From the NCBI GenBank assembly GCA_003225455.1, contig QIAB01000046.1:9946-73945 (forward strand): a stretch of 64,000 bases of DNA, read 5' to 3'. Each line of letters starts with the position of its first letter. Within the stretch, counting starts at the first letter, position 1. The DNA comes from Acidobacteriota bacterium (GTDB taxonomy: Bacteria > Acidobacteriota > Terriglobia > Terriglobales > Acidobacteriaceae). This document shows positions 18,925 to 27,483 of this stretch, in pieces. Below the pieces are notes generated by a model that saw only the letters and a list, made by a program, of their open reading frames with translations, searched no databases and was not told the DNA's origin. Made by a program: the position numbers and the translations under genes.

Positions 18925-19935
18925 ATGGTGAAGCCAACACGGCGAGTGGGTGTAGTACTCTTCCAGCTCGGCGGGCCCGATACGCTGGAAGCGATTGAAC
19001 CTTTTCTCTTTAATCTATTCTGCGATCCTGACATTATTGATTTTCCCTTCGCCCGGATCGGCCGCAAACCGCTCGCCAAGCTGATTTCCACGACCCGCGC
19101 CAAGAAAGTTCAGCATCATTATTCTGTGCTGGGCGGAGGATCGCCGATCCGGCGCTTCACCGAGCAGCAGGCCAGAGCTTTGCAACTGAAGCTCACAGGT
19201 TTGGGAATAGATGCGCGATGTTTTGTGGCGATGCGCTACTGGCATCCGTTTACCGCCGAGGCAATTGAACAATTGCATGCCGCAGACTGTGACGAAGTGG
19301 TTCTGCTTCCGCTTTATCCCCAATATTCCAGTACGACAACCGGCAGCAGCCTGAACGAGTGGCGGCGGCTGTTTCACGATGATGTGCCTGTCTATTGCAT
19401 CGACAGCTTTTATCGCAACGGACTTTACCAGGAAGCTCTGGTAGAGAAAATTGATGACGCGCTCGCGCGTTTTGACGATCCATACAAGCCTGAGTTGATT
19501 TTTAGCGCGCACAGTGTACCTGTAGCGACTGTCGAGAGGGGCGATCCCTATCAGCAGCAGATCGAGGAAACCGTCGAACTCGCGATGCAGCGCGGCCGAT
19601 GGAGGAATCGCTACCGGCTCTGCTATCAGAGCAAAGTTGGCGCAAGCAAATGGCTACAGCCCACATTGCGTAGCACCTTGCGCGACTTGGCAGCGCAAGA
19701 TGTGAAAGAGGTATGTGTAATCCCGATCTCGTTCGTGTCCGATCACGTGGAAACTCTGGGCGAGATTGATCATGGAGCGCGTGAGCAAGCGAAGGCGTTG
19801 GGGATCGAACGATTTGAAATGGCTGCGGGTCTGAACGATTCGCCAAGATTCATTGCAGCGCTGGCGGATTTGGTGATCGGTGCGTTCTCTGAATCTGTGA
19901 GCGACGAAACGGATCAGTTGGTTGCCGTAGATTGA
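18925..19935 (+). CDS. hemH: Ferrochelatase
   Basis: 336 aa with VLFQLGGPD, YWHPF and ISFVSDHVETL. Confidence 0.92.
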   Translation: MVKPTRRVGVVLFQLGGPDTLEAIEPFLFNLFCDPDIIDFPFARIGRKPLAKLISTTRAKKVQHHYSVLGGGSPIRRFTEQQARALQLKLTGLGIDARCFVAMRYWHPFTAEAIEQLHAADCDEVVLLPLYPQYSSTTTGSSLNEWRRLFHDDVPVYCIDSFYRNGLYQEALVEKIDDALARFDDPYKPELIFSAHSVPVATVERGDPYQQQIEETVELAMQRGRWRNRYRLCYQSKVGASKWLQPTLRSTLRDLAAQDVKEVCVIPISFVSDHVETLGEIDHGAREQAKALGIERFEMAAGLNDSPRFIAALADLVIGAFSESVSDETDQLVAVD

Positions 19936-20011
19936 GTATCGAATCACGCAGAGCGGATGCACGCTGCCCGGTGAGCTTCGCGGGCAGATGAGAACTAGGG
20001 GATAAGGACGG

Positions 20012-21115
20012 ATGGCAGACGAATCTAAAGGCATCCTCGGGCACCTTCCGCCGTTACCGCGGAAGGCGCTCAACAATTCGGTAATTGGGATGGAACAGGC
20101 TTATCGTCAGCGCAAGGGTCTGCCGCTGCTTAGCGATGCTGATATTGAAGCTTTGAAAGCTGGCGAGCCTATGCCATGGGAGCGCGGCGATGGTGCTGGC
20201 GCGAGCGCCGCGCCTACAGCACCGGCGGCGGTTTCTGCTCCGGTTGCGGCTGCGGCACCACTGCCTCCACCCACAGCAAGTGGCGTAATCAGCGAAGAAG
20301 TTGCGAAGTGGGTTGCAGACGGAAAGAAGTGGAGCAAGTCGGCGATCGCCGCGGAGCAGGCGCGCCGTGGACGTAAAGGACTCCCCGCGCTAACAGATGC
20401 AGAAGTTACTGTCCTGCTTGGGGAGCCTGCCGCGCCGGCAACAGCAGCTTCTACCCCAGCGCCTGCCGCTAAGCCTGCCGCAACTCCGACGGCTCGTCCC
20501 GTTGCAGCCGCAGCATCAGCGGCATCTTCAGTGGCACATGCGGGCGAATCGACAAGATACGTCGGTACGCCCGCCGTAGGAACTTCCAAAGCCGCGGCCG
20601 CGGGCGGCTTGGCCGCAGTCGGTCCTGAAGATAGCGAAATCAATCGGGGTCGCCGACGCTTCGCCTGGACAGCGGTGGCGGCATTTCTTACAGCCTGGTT
20701 TCTCGCCTTCTTCCGCTTCTTCCTGCCACGAACGTTGTTCGAACCGGCGACAAGTTTCAAAGTCGGGTACGCCGCTGACTACGGGCTGGGGGTAGATACC
20801 AAATGGCAGCAAAAATATCGTATTTGGGTTGACCGCACGCCTGATCGTCTGTTCGTTATTTACGCGCGATGCACACATCTCGGCTGCACGCCCGACTGGA
20901 AGCCGAGCGAAAACAAGTTTAAGTGTCCGTGCCACGGCAGCGGGTATGACAGCGAGGGAGTGAACTTCGAAGGGCCAGCGCCAAGGCCAATGGATCGCGC
21001 GCATGTCGAGATCGCACCGGATGGGCAGATTCTAGTGGATGTTTCCAAGCTCTATCAGTGGCCGAAGGGTCAGCCAAGTCAGTTTAATGATGATGGAGCG
21101 TTTCTGCCGGTGTAG
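20012..21115 (+). CDS. Rieske 2Fe-2S subunit of a cytochrome bc-type complex, with a ~200-aa N-terminal extension
   Basis: CTHLGCTPDW...CPCHGSGY cluster box, and RGRRRF followed by a TM helix around aa 215-240. The N-terminal region contains a duplicated ~35-aa motif. Confidence 0.88.
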   Translation: MADESKGILGHLPPLPRKALNNSVIGMEQAYRQRKGLPLLSDADIEALKAGEPMPWERGDGAGASAAPTAPAAVSAPVAAAAPLPPPTASGVISEEVAKWVADGKKWSKSAIAAEQARRGRKGLPALTDAEVTVLLGEPAAPATAASTPAPAAKPAATPTARPVAAAASAASSVAHAGESTRYVGTPAVGTSKAAAAGGLAAVGPEDSEINRGRRRFAWTAVAAFLTAWFLAFFRFFLPRTLFEPATSFKVGYAADYGLGVDTKWQQKYRIWVDRTPDRLFVIYARCTHLGCTPDWKPSENKFKCPCHGSGYDSEGVNFEGPAPRPMDRAHVEIAPDGQILVDVSKLYQWPKGQPSQFNDDGAFLPV

Positions 21116-21123
21116 CGGAACTT

Positions 21124-21172
21124 TCGAGCTTCGCTCGACCTGGCGGGTGAGGACACCCGCCGCTACGTGAGC
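21124..21172. repeat. REP/BIME-like element
   Basis: tcgagc-ttc-gctcga, then ggcgggtg-agga-cacccgcc, then gctacgtgagc. Confidence 0.8.
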
Positions 21173-21188
21173 TGAGAAGAGGGTCAAC

Positions 21189-22112
21189 ATGCCTGAAGAA
21201 AATGGAAATGGGAAAAACGGAAACCGCGTAGGGCTGCTCGAGCGGGTGAAGGCGGGCGTCAAGGAAGATGTCCACTCACTCAAGACGGACATGCCCGCCA
21301 AGGCGAAAGAGCAGATAGATCTGCTCAAAGACCCGACCAAGACCCAGGTTTACACCTCGATCTTCCGCCACAAGCACGATGACACACCGCGCAATCGCGC
21401 GCTGGGCGTGCTGTCGAATGTGTTCCTGCATCTCCATCCGGCGAAGATCAATCGAGATGCCGTGCGCTACAGCTACACGTGGGGAATGGGCGGAATTACC
21501 TTCTACTTGTTTATTGTGCTTACGCTGACTGGCGTGCTGCTGATGTTTTATTACCATCCCAGCAAGGTTCAGGCATTTCGGGATGTGCTCTACCTTGAGC
21601 ACGATGTGCCCTTCGGTAAGTTGCTGCGCAACATGCATCGCTGGGCCGCGCACCTGATGGTGATTGCCGTATGGCTGCACATGTTCCGCGTTTTCCTGAC
21701 CGGATCCTACAAGAAGCCCCGTGAGTTCAATTGGAACATTGGAGTGCTGCTGCTCGTATTCACGCTGTTGCTTTCGTTTACCGGCTATCTATTGCCGGAT
21801 GATCAGCTTGGATTCTGGGCGGTGACCGTGGGCACAAATATGGCTCGTGCCACACCGGGCCTGGGGCATGAAGGACCGTTCGGTAAGCAGTTAGGTATGA
21901 CGCCATACAACGACGTCCGCTTCGGATTGCTGGGCGGCTCGATCGTGGACGCAAACGCCCTGTTGCGATCTTATATTTGGCACTGTATCGGGATTCCGAT
22001 CGTCGCGTCAGTGCTGATGATTGTGCATTTCTGGCGAGTGCGAAAGGACGGTGGCATCTCCGGACCGGCGCCAGTGATGCTGGCGTCGGAAGTGAAAGAG
22101 CCAAGGAAGTAG
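21189..22112 (+). CDS. Cytochrome b, N-terminal (b6-like) subunit
   Basis: Bis-His helices RNMHRWAAHLMVIAVWLHMFR and WHCIGIPIVASVLMIVHFWR, plus GYLLPDDQLGFWA. Confidence 0.9.
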   Translation: MPEENGNGKNGNRVGLLERVKAGVKEDVHSLKTDMPAKAKEQIDLLKDPTKTQVYTSIFRHKHDDTPRNRALGVLSNVFLHLHPAKINRDAVRYSYTWGMGGITFYLFIVLTLTGVLLMFYYHPSKVQAFRDVLYLEHDVPFGKLLRNMHRWAAHLMVIAVWLHMFRVFLTGSYKKPREFNWNIGVLLLVFTLLLSFTGYLLPDDQLGFWAVTVGTNMARATPGLGHEGPFGKQLGMTPYNDVRFGLLGGSIVDANALLRSYIWHCIGIPIVASVLMIVHFWRVRKDGGISGPAPVMLASEVKEPRK

Positions 22113-22120
22113 CGTAGCTC

Positions 22121-22218
22121 CGAGGGCAGGATGCCCTCGCGACAGTTGGCAGGATGCCGGCGCTGCCGTCGAGCTGCGCTCGACCGGACGGGCGAGGGCG
22201 CCCGTCCCCACGTGAGTC
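22121..22218. repeat. Composite REP/BIME-like element (four hairpins)
   Basis: cgagggca-gga-tgccctcg; ggcag..ctgcc; tcgagc-tgc-gctcga; ggacgggcg-aggg-cgcccgtcc followed by ccacgtgagtc. Confidence 0.8.
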
Positions 22219-22231
22219 TCGGAGAGATTTT

Positions 22232-23161
22232 ATGGATTGGCGACAACTTTGGGATATTGCTTCGGCGCCTGACAACGTTCCAATTGTCGGCATGATTCCA
22301 CTGCTGGCTTTCTTTATTTATCTCGCGTGGAAGCAGGCGCGCGCCAACGACCGGCTCATCGGCGAACTTGAGACGAATCCGGCGATGGCAAAGACTCACC
22401 ATCGCAAAACCTGGCCCTTCCGCCCCGGCTGGCAAAAAGAAGTACACGTGTGGCCGTTTCTTCTGCGCATCGAATTCCTCGCCGCAATCATTGTCACGAT
22501 TATTTTGATGGTCTGGTCTATCACGCTCTATGCTCCGTTAGAAGAGCCGTCAAACCCCAATCTGACGATGAATCCCGCGAAAGCACCGTGGTACTTTCTC
22601 GGTTTGCAGGAGATGCTGGTTTACTTCGATCCGTGGATCGCGGGCGTAGTTATGCCGACGCTGATCATCATCGGGCTGATGGTGATTCCTTACATTGATA
22701 CCAATCCGCTCGGCGGTGGTTACTACACCTGGAAGCAGCGCAAATTTTCGATCGGGACGTTTCTGTTCGGTTTTATCGTTCTGTGGGTCTCGATGATCAT
22801 CATCGGAACCTTCATTCGCGGACCGGGATGGCAGTGGTTCTGGCCGGGGCAGACGTGGGATCACAATCGCCTGATTTACGAAGTGAACCGCGATTTGCCG
22901 GATATCTTTGGAATCACTTCGAATTTAGCTAAAGGAATCTTCGGCGCAATTGTGGTTGGCGGCTATTTCGCCATCGGCGGATTCGTGCTGCACGCGCTGT
23001 TCCGCCGCTACAATCCTAACGATTATCGGCGGATGAGCCTGTTGCAGTATTCCATCATGCAGTTCTTTCTGCTGACCATGGTGGCCTTGCCGATCAAGAT
23101 GCTGTTGCGACTCATGTTTCACATTAAGTATGTGTGGATTACGCCGTGGTTCAACGTGTGA
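22232..23161 (+). CDS. Cytochrome b C-terminal / subunit IV-like protein of the bc complex
   Basis: Multi-TM with Qo region NPAKAPWYFLGLQE. Start moved to ATG 22232 (GGAGAG upstream) because 22154-22231 is repeat DNA. Confidence 0.8.
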   Translation: MDWRQLWDIASAPDNVPIVGMIPLLAFFIYLAWKQARANDRLIGELETNPAMAKTHHRKTWPFRPGWQKEVHVWPFLLRIEFLAAIIVTIILMVWSITLYAPLEEPSNPNLTMNPAKAPWYFLGLQEMLVYFDPWIAGVVMPTLIIIGLMVIPYIDTNPLGGGYYTWKQRKFSIGTFLFGFIVLWVSMIIIGTFIRGPGWQWFWPGQTWDHNRLIYEVNRDLPDIFGITSNLAKGIFGAIVVGGYFAIGGFVLHALFRRYNPNDYRRMSLLQYSIMQFFLLTMVALPIKMLLRLMFHIKYVWITPWFNV

Positions 23162-23170
23162 GCCGGCAAT

Positions 23171-23234
23171 AAATGCGTAGGGGCGGGTGCCCTCACCCGC
23201 CCGCCCGGACGAGGACGTCCGGGCCTACGTGAGC
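23171..23234. repeat. Head-to-head pair of REP-like modules
   Basis: An inverted copy aaatgcgtagg + gggcgggtg-ccct-cacccgccc, then a forward copy cccggacg-agga-cgtccggg + cctacgtgagc. Confidence 0.8.
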
Positions 23235-23259
23235 AGTGGAAATCAGTTGGGAGGATTTG

Positions 23260-26200
23260 GTGCCCGAGCAACCTGTCCCCGAGCAAGACCCGATTGTCAC
23301 GAAGTCCTACGCGGCGCATTACGTGATCGCCATGATCATTCTCATGGCGACACTGTTCTGGGCTTTGTGGGACGAAGCCTTTGGACAGCGCCCCTGGAAG
23401 GCGTTCCAGAGTGAATGGAAGGATCGCTACACCGCGTTTCTGAAGACGGCGAAGTCGAAGTCTGCGCAATCCGAGAAGCAAGTCGAGCAGAATTCTGAGT
23501 ACCAGCAGCTGCAGCAGGCCGCCGATCAGGCCTATAAAGCTGCGCAACCGCGCCGCGATGAGTTGCAGAAGCAAATCACAGATCTAAACGCAAAAATAAT
23601 CGCGGTTCAAAATGTATTTACCGATCGACGTGCTTATGCGAATGCCCTAAACTACGAAATTGAAACCGAGACCAGCACATCGAGCAAGAAAAGCAAGCAG
23701 GACGATCTCGCCAAATACAAAGCGAAGAAATCCACAGTTGAGTATCCGGACGGGCATAGAGAGCAATACAACTTCCCGCAACTCGAAGAAAAATACAACT
23801 CACTCAAAGAGGAACGCACCAAACTGAGCGCCGAACTGGGCGATGTGCTTAAGCCGGTCACTGAAGCCAGCACGAAAGCCTCGCAGTACATCTCCGATCA
23901 CATGGTCGATCTCACGCCCACGCAGATCGACGGCTTGCGCAAGAAGACGGCTGAATGGGATCCGAAAATTGAGCAGATCAACGTTGCCGAAGCAAACATC
24001 GTCGATCGCTGCGAATCCTGCCACATGGGCGCGCGAGAGCCGGTGAGGATCACCGCCGCGCTAATGACTCCGAAGGGTCAGAAGAAGCCGGATGAGTATG
24101 CGCAGGCGTTTGTAAGTCATCCTGAGCCTGAGCTGCTGAAAGTTCATGATCCGGATAAGTTCGGTTGCTCGCCATGTCATCAGGGCAATGGCCGCGCCAC
24201 GACTAGCGTAGAGAAGGCTCACGGAAACTACGAGCATTGGCTCTGGCCGCTGTTTCCCAAGCAGAATGTCGAAGCGGGATGCCAGACCTGTCACGCAGCC
24301 GACATGATTACCACCATCGGAGATGTTGGAGGCCACATTGATAATGGCCGGTTTCTCTTCCGCCAGCGTGGCTGCAACGGGTGTCATCGCTATGAGGGGT
24401 ACGACAAGGAGCCTGAGGATCTGAATTCCATTAGCCAGCAGCTCAAGCAGATGGAGACCGACAAGAAAGACAACGCAAAGCAGGCTGCTGACGTGATGAA
24501 GCAGGCTGATGCAGCGCAAAGCAACGAAGAAGCCAACCGGCTGAATGACAAAGCAGTGGCGCTGCGCGTGTCCAATAGCAAGATTGATGGGCGTATCCAG
24601 CAGCTCGATTTTCAGTCGCACAGCTTGATGCAGGACATGAAGAAGATCGGGCCGAATTTGAAAGATGTCCGGCTGAAGCTGAACAAAAATTGGATTCCGG
24701 TTTGGCTGAAAAAGCCGACTGACTTCCGTCCGACCACGAAGATGCCAAACTTCCGGTTGAATGAGGAACAAATACAGGCGATTTCTGCATACATTTGGCA
24801 GTCAGGGCTGAACGATCCATTACCCAAGCAAAAGCCGGGCAATGCAGCGCATGGAAAAGAACTCTTCGAATCACGCGGGTGCCTGGCGTGCCATTCCATG
24901 GGTGAAGGCGATCAACAACAGGGCGGAACGTTCGCGGCGAATCTGACGCGGGTGGGAGAAAAGGCGAACTACGATTATCTTGTCCGCTGGATTCATAACG
25001 CGCGCGAGCGCACCCGGCCGTATTGTCCGTATGAGAAAAAAGACATCGGTCCGGAGGATTACGCCAAGAAAGGTCTTCCCTACCAGTTTGATTTGCAACA
25101 CAGCCAGTGCCCGAACGACGGCCATGAACTGCAAGTCCAGAACATGACCGTGATGCCCAGTTTGCGGCTGAGCGTTGAAGATGCGCAGGACATTGCGAGC
25201 TACCTGATCACGCAGAAGAAACAGGAGCCGTCGTCCTATACCGAAGCCGCTTTTATGGAAGATCCCAAATTAAAAGATGCAGGCAAGAAATGGATTCGTC
25301 ACTTCGGCTGCGCGGGTTGCCATGAGATTTCCGGGTTTGAAGATGAAGGACGGATCGGGACCGACCTGACGGTGGAAGGAAGCAAGCCGATTGAGCGGCT
25401 CGATTTTGCCTTATTCACCGAAACCGCGCAGCGGGGCGGGAAAGAGCCGATCACCGACCCTGAAGACTTGCAGCGGCTGCCAGAAGGGCCGGCGAAGCAT
25501 TCTTGGTACGACCACAAGGGTTTCTTCGAGCACAAACTTGCCGAGCCGAACGTTTACGACAAAGGCAAGATAAAAGCGGAAGAAGAAAAGCTGCGGATGC
25601 CGAACGTGCATCTCGCGAAAGATGAAATTCGCGACCTCACCACGTTCCTGCTCGGCAGCCAGGAGACTTCCCTTCCCGCCAGTTATCAGTACAAGCCGCC
25701 GGATGCGCGACGGGATGTTCAGGAAGGCTGGTGGATCATCACAAAATATAACTGCATGGGATGCCACCAGCTCATGCCCGGGCAGAAGACTGTGCTGATG
25801 GGATTGCAGCGCTACCAGGAAGCGCAAGAACAGTTGCCGCCAAAGTTGCTCACCGAAGGCGCGCGCGTCGATCCCGAGTGGCTGCGGCGTTTCTTATCGA
25901 ATCCGGCGCTCAACTCTACCGACACAAATCGCAATGGTGTGCGGCCCTATCTGCAAGTACGCATGCCGACCTTTTCATTCTCGGATAACGAACTGCGCAA
26001 GTTGGTGCGCTTTTTCCAGGCGCTCTCGCAGCAACCCATGCCATATATTCCGGAGCAGTTGCCGACGCTCACGGCGAAGGAAACCGATATGGCGCGCAGT
26101 CTGTTTTCGTCCGCTGCAGCGCCTTGCCTGAAGTGCCACGCCACGGGCGATCCGCAGCATGACAAGATCGCCACCGCACCCAACTTCCTGCTTGCCAAAG

Positions 26201-26517
26201 AGCGGCTCAAGCCAGATTGGGTTGAGCGTTGGATTACCGATCCGCAGAACATCAGCCCGGGAACCTCGATGCCCTCCGGCTTGTTCAAGCAACAGGAGAA
26301 TGGGCAATGGGTTTTCGCCGGCCCGACGCCGCCATCGTTTCAGGGATACGACAAGGATCATCGCAAGCTGCTGACGGATTACATTTTCCAGCTCACTCCC
26401 GAGGAACAACGTCGGGTTGCGGCAGCTACGGGACGCAGTACCGCATCTACTCCTGCGCGAACCAAACAGAAACAAGCCGCGGCCGGCGTTGGGTCAATCA
26501 GCGGCGGATCGCGGTAA
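23260..26517 (+). CDS. Membrane-anchored octahaem c-type cytochrome
   Basis: Eight CXXCH motifs: CESCH, CSPCH, CQTCH, CNGCH, CLACH, CAGCH, CMGCH, CLKCH. N-terminal TM helix and a coiled-coil-like region. GTG 23260 has GGGAGGA 5 nt upstream; the ORF track starts at GTG 23236. Confidence 0.88.
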   Translation: MPEQPVPEQDPIVTKSYAAHYVIAMIILMATLFWALWDEAFGQRPWKAFQSEWKDRYTAFLKTAKSKSAQSEKQVEQNSEYQQLQQAADQAYKAAQPRRDELQKQITDLNAKIIAVQNVFTDRRAYANALNYEIETETSTSSKKSKQDDLAKYKAKKSTVEYPDGHREQYNFPQLEEKYNSLKEERTKLSAELGDVLKPVTEASTKASQYISDHMVDLTPTQIDGLRKKTAEWDPKIEQINVAEANIVDRCESCHMGAREPVRITAALMTPKGQKKPDEYAQAFVSHPEPELLKVHDPDKFGCSPCHQGNGRATTSVEKAHGNYEHWLWPLFPKQNVEAGCQTCHAADMITTIGDVGGHIDNGRFLFRQRGCNGCHRYEGYDKEPEDLNSISQQLKQMETDKKDNAKQAADVMKQADAAQSNEEANRLNDKAVALRVSNSKIDGRIQQLDFQSHSLMQDMKKIGPNLKDVRLKLNKNWIPVWLKKPTDFRPTTKMPNFRLNEEQIQAISAYIWQSGLNDPLPKQKPGNAAHGKELFESRGCLACHSMGEGDQQQGGTFAANLTRVGEKANYDYLVRWIHNARERTRPYCPYEKKDIGPEDYAKKGLPYQFDLQHSQCPNDGHELQVQNMTVMPSLRLSVEDAQDIASYLITQKKQEPSSYTEAAFMEDPKLKDAGKKWIRHFGCAGCHEISGFEDEGRIGTDLTVEGSKPIERLDFALFTETAQRGGKEPITDPEDLQRLPEGPAKHSWYDHKGFFEHKLAEPNVYDKGKIKAEEEKLRMPNVHLAKDEIRDLTTFLLGSQETSLPASYQYKPPDARRDVQEGWWIITKYNCMGCHQLMPGQKTVLMGLQRYQEAQEQLPPKLLTEGARVDPEWLRRFLSNPALNSTDTNRNGVRPYLQVRMPTFSFSDNELRKLVRFFQALSQQPMPYIPEQLPTLTAKETDMARSLFSSAAAPCLKCHATGDPQHDKIATAPNFLLAKERLKPDWVERWITDPQNISPGTSMPSGLFKQQENGQWVFAGPTPPSFQGYDKDHRKLLTDYIFQLTPEEQRRVAAATGRSTASTPARTKQKQAAAGVGSISGGSR

Positions 26518-26565
26518 AATATAAGGTTGCGAATGGGGCATAACACTTACAAGAAAGGTGACGTC

Positions 26566-27345
26566 ATGACTACGAAAAAATGGGCAGCGATGCGCGGACT
26601 GCTCAGCTTTTTGGCGTTAGCGCTGCTCTTAGGTTGTAGCAAAAAGGAGAATACCAGTGAGGAACAAGCCACCTCGCCGGCGAAGGAGGCGAAAACCGCT
26701 TCCGCTCCCATTGATCCTGCGACCGCGGCCACCGTGAGCGGTACGGTAACCTTCGGCGGTGCGGTTCCCAAGCCGCAGAAGATCGATATGAGCCAGGATC
26801 AGGCGTGCAAGGGCAATAACGTGTCAGAGACGATCGTGGCGGATAGCGGCAAATTGGCAAACGTCTTCGTCTACGTGAAAGATGGCTTGGGAGATCGCAC
26901 ATTTGATGTTCCCAAAGAACCCGTCACACTCGATCAGAAAGGATGCCAGTATCACCCCCATGTTCTGGGCGTGATGACGGGACAGAACATCGAAATTAAA
27001 AACGATGATCCGACTACGCACAACATTCATCCCACGCCGAAAGATAACCGCGAGTGGAACGAGTCGCAGCCTCCAAAGGCTGCAGCGCTGGAGAAGAGTT
27101 TCGCCCGCGAAGAAATCATGCTGCCAGTAAAGTGTAACCAGCATCCGTGGATGAAGATGTACATGAGTGTGGTGAAAAGCCCGTTTTTTGCGGTTACCGG
27201 AGCGGATGGTAAATACGAAATCAAGGGCTTGCCTCCGGGCGACTATACTCTGGCATTTGTTCAAGAGAAACTTGGTGCGCAAGAGCAGAAAGTCACGCTG
27301 GCTGCAAAAGACAGCAAGACAGTAGACATAGCATTCAAGCAGTAG
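26566..27345 (+). CDS. Cupredoxin-like (type-1 copper) lipoprotein with C-terminal CarboxypepD_reg-like domain
   Basis: Lipobox LLLGC. Ligand pattern THNIH ... CNQHPWM (CxxHxxM, amicyanin-like loop). C-terminal GADGKYEIKGLPPGDYTL. Confidence 0.65.
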   Translation: MTTKKWAAMRGLLSFLALALLLGCSKKENTSEEQATSPAKEAKTASAPIDPATAATVSGTVTFGGAVPKPQKIDMSQDQACKGNNVSETIVADSGKLANVFVYVKDGLGDRTFDVPKEPVTLDQKGCQYHPHVLGVMTGQNIEIKNDDPTTHNIHPTPKDNREWNESQPPKAAALEKSFAREEIMLPVKCNQHPWMKMYMSVVKSPFFAVTGADGKYEIKGLPPGDYTLAFVQEKLGAQEQKVTLAAKDSKTVDIAFKQ

Positions 27346-27352
27346 AATGCGG

Positions 27353-27465
27353 GGCGGGCGCCCTCGCCCGCCTGAGTTTCTAACTGTTCATAACGCGCTA
27401 CCAGTTCATTTCGGCGGGCGGGGGACGCCCGCCGAACAGCCGCCGGGACGGCGGCGCTACAGGAA
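27353..27465. repeat. Three REP-like GC hairpins
   Basis: ggcgggcg-ccct-cgcccgcc; ggcgggcg-gggga-cgcccgcc; gccgccg-gga-cggcggc followed by gctacagg. Confidence 0.8.
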
Positions 27466-27483
27466 GACCTACGAGGGGTATCT

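Noticed and set aside
20107-20760. A 217-aa antisense ORF opposite the Rieske N-terminal extension. Similar long antisense ORFs occur at 24061-24771, 17493-17990, 16524-17099 and 61481-62179.
   Set aside because: The translations are Ala/Arg/Gly/Pro-rich and low in complexity, as expected from stop-poor antisense frames in GC-rich coding DNA. The sense strands carry recognisable domains.
22154-22231. The N-terminal 26 codons of the ORF-track version of the subunit IV gene (MPALPSSCARPDGRGRPSPRESRRDF).
   Set aside because: This stretch is the translation of the REP-like element. ATG 22232, which has an upstream GGAGAG, is the more plausible start.
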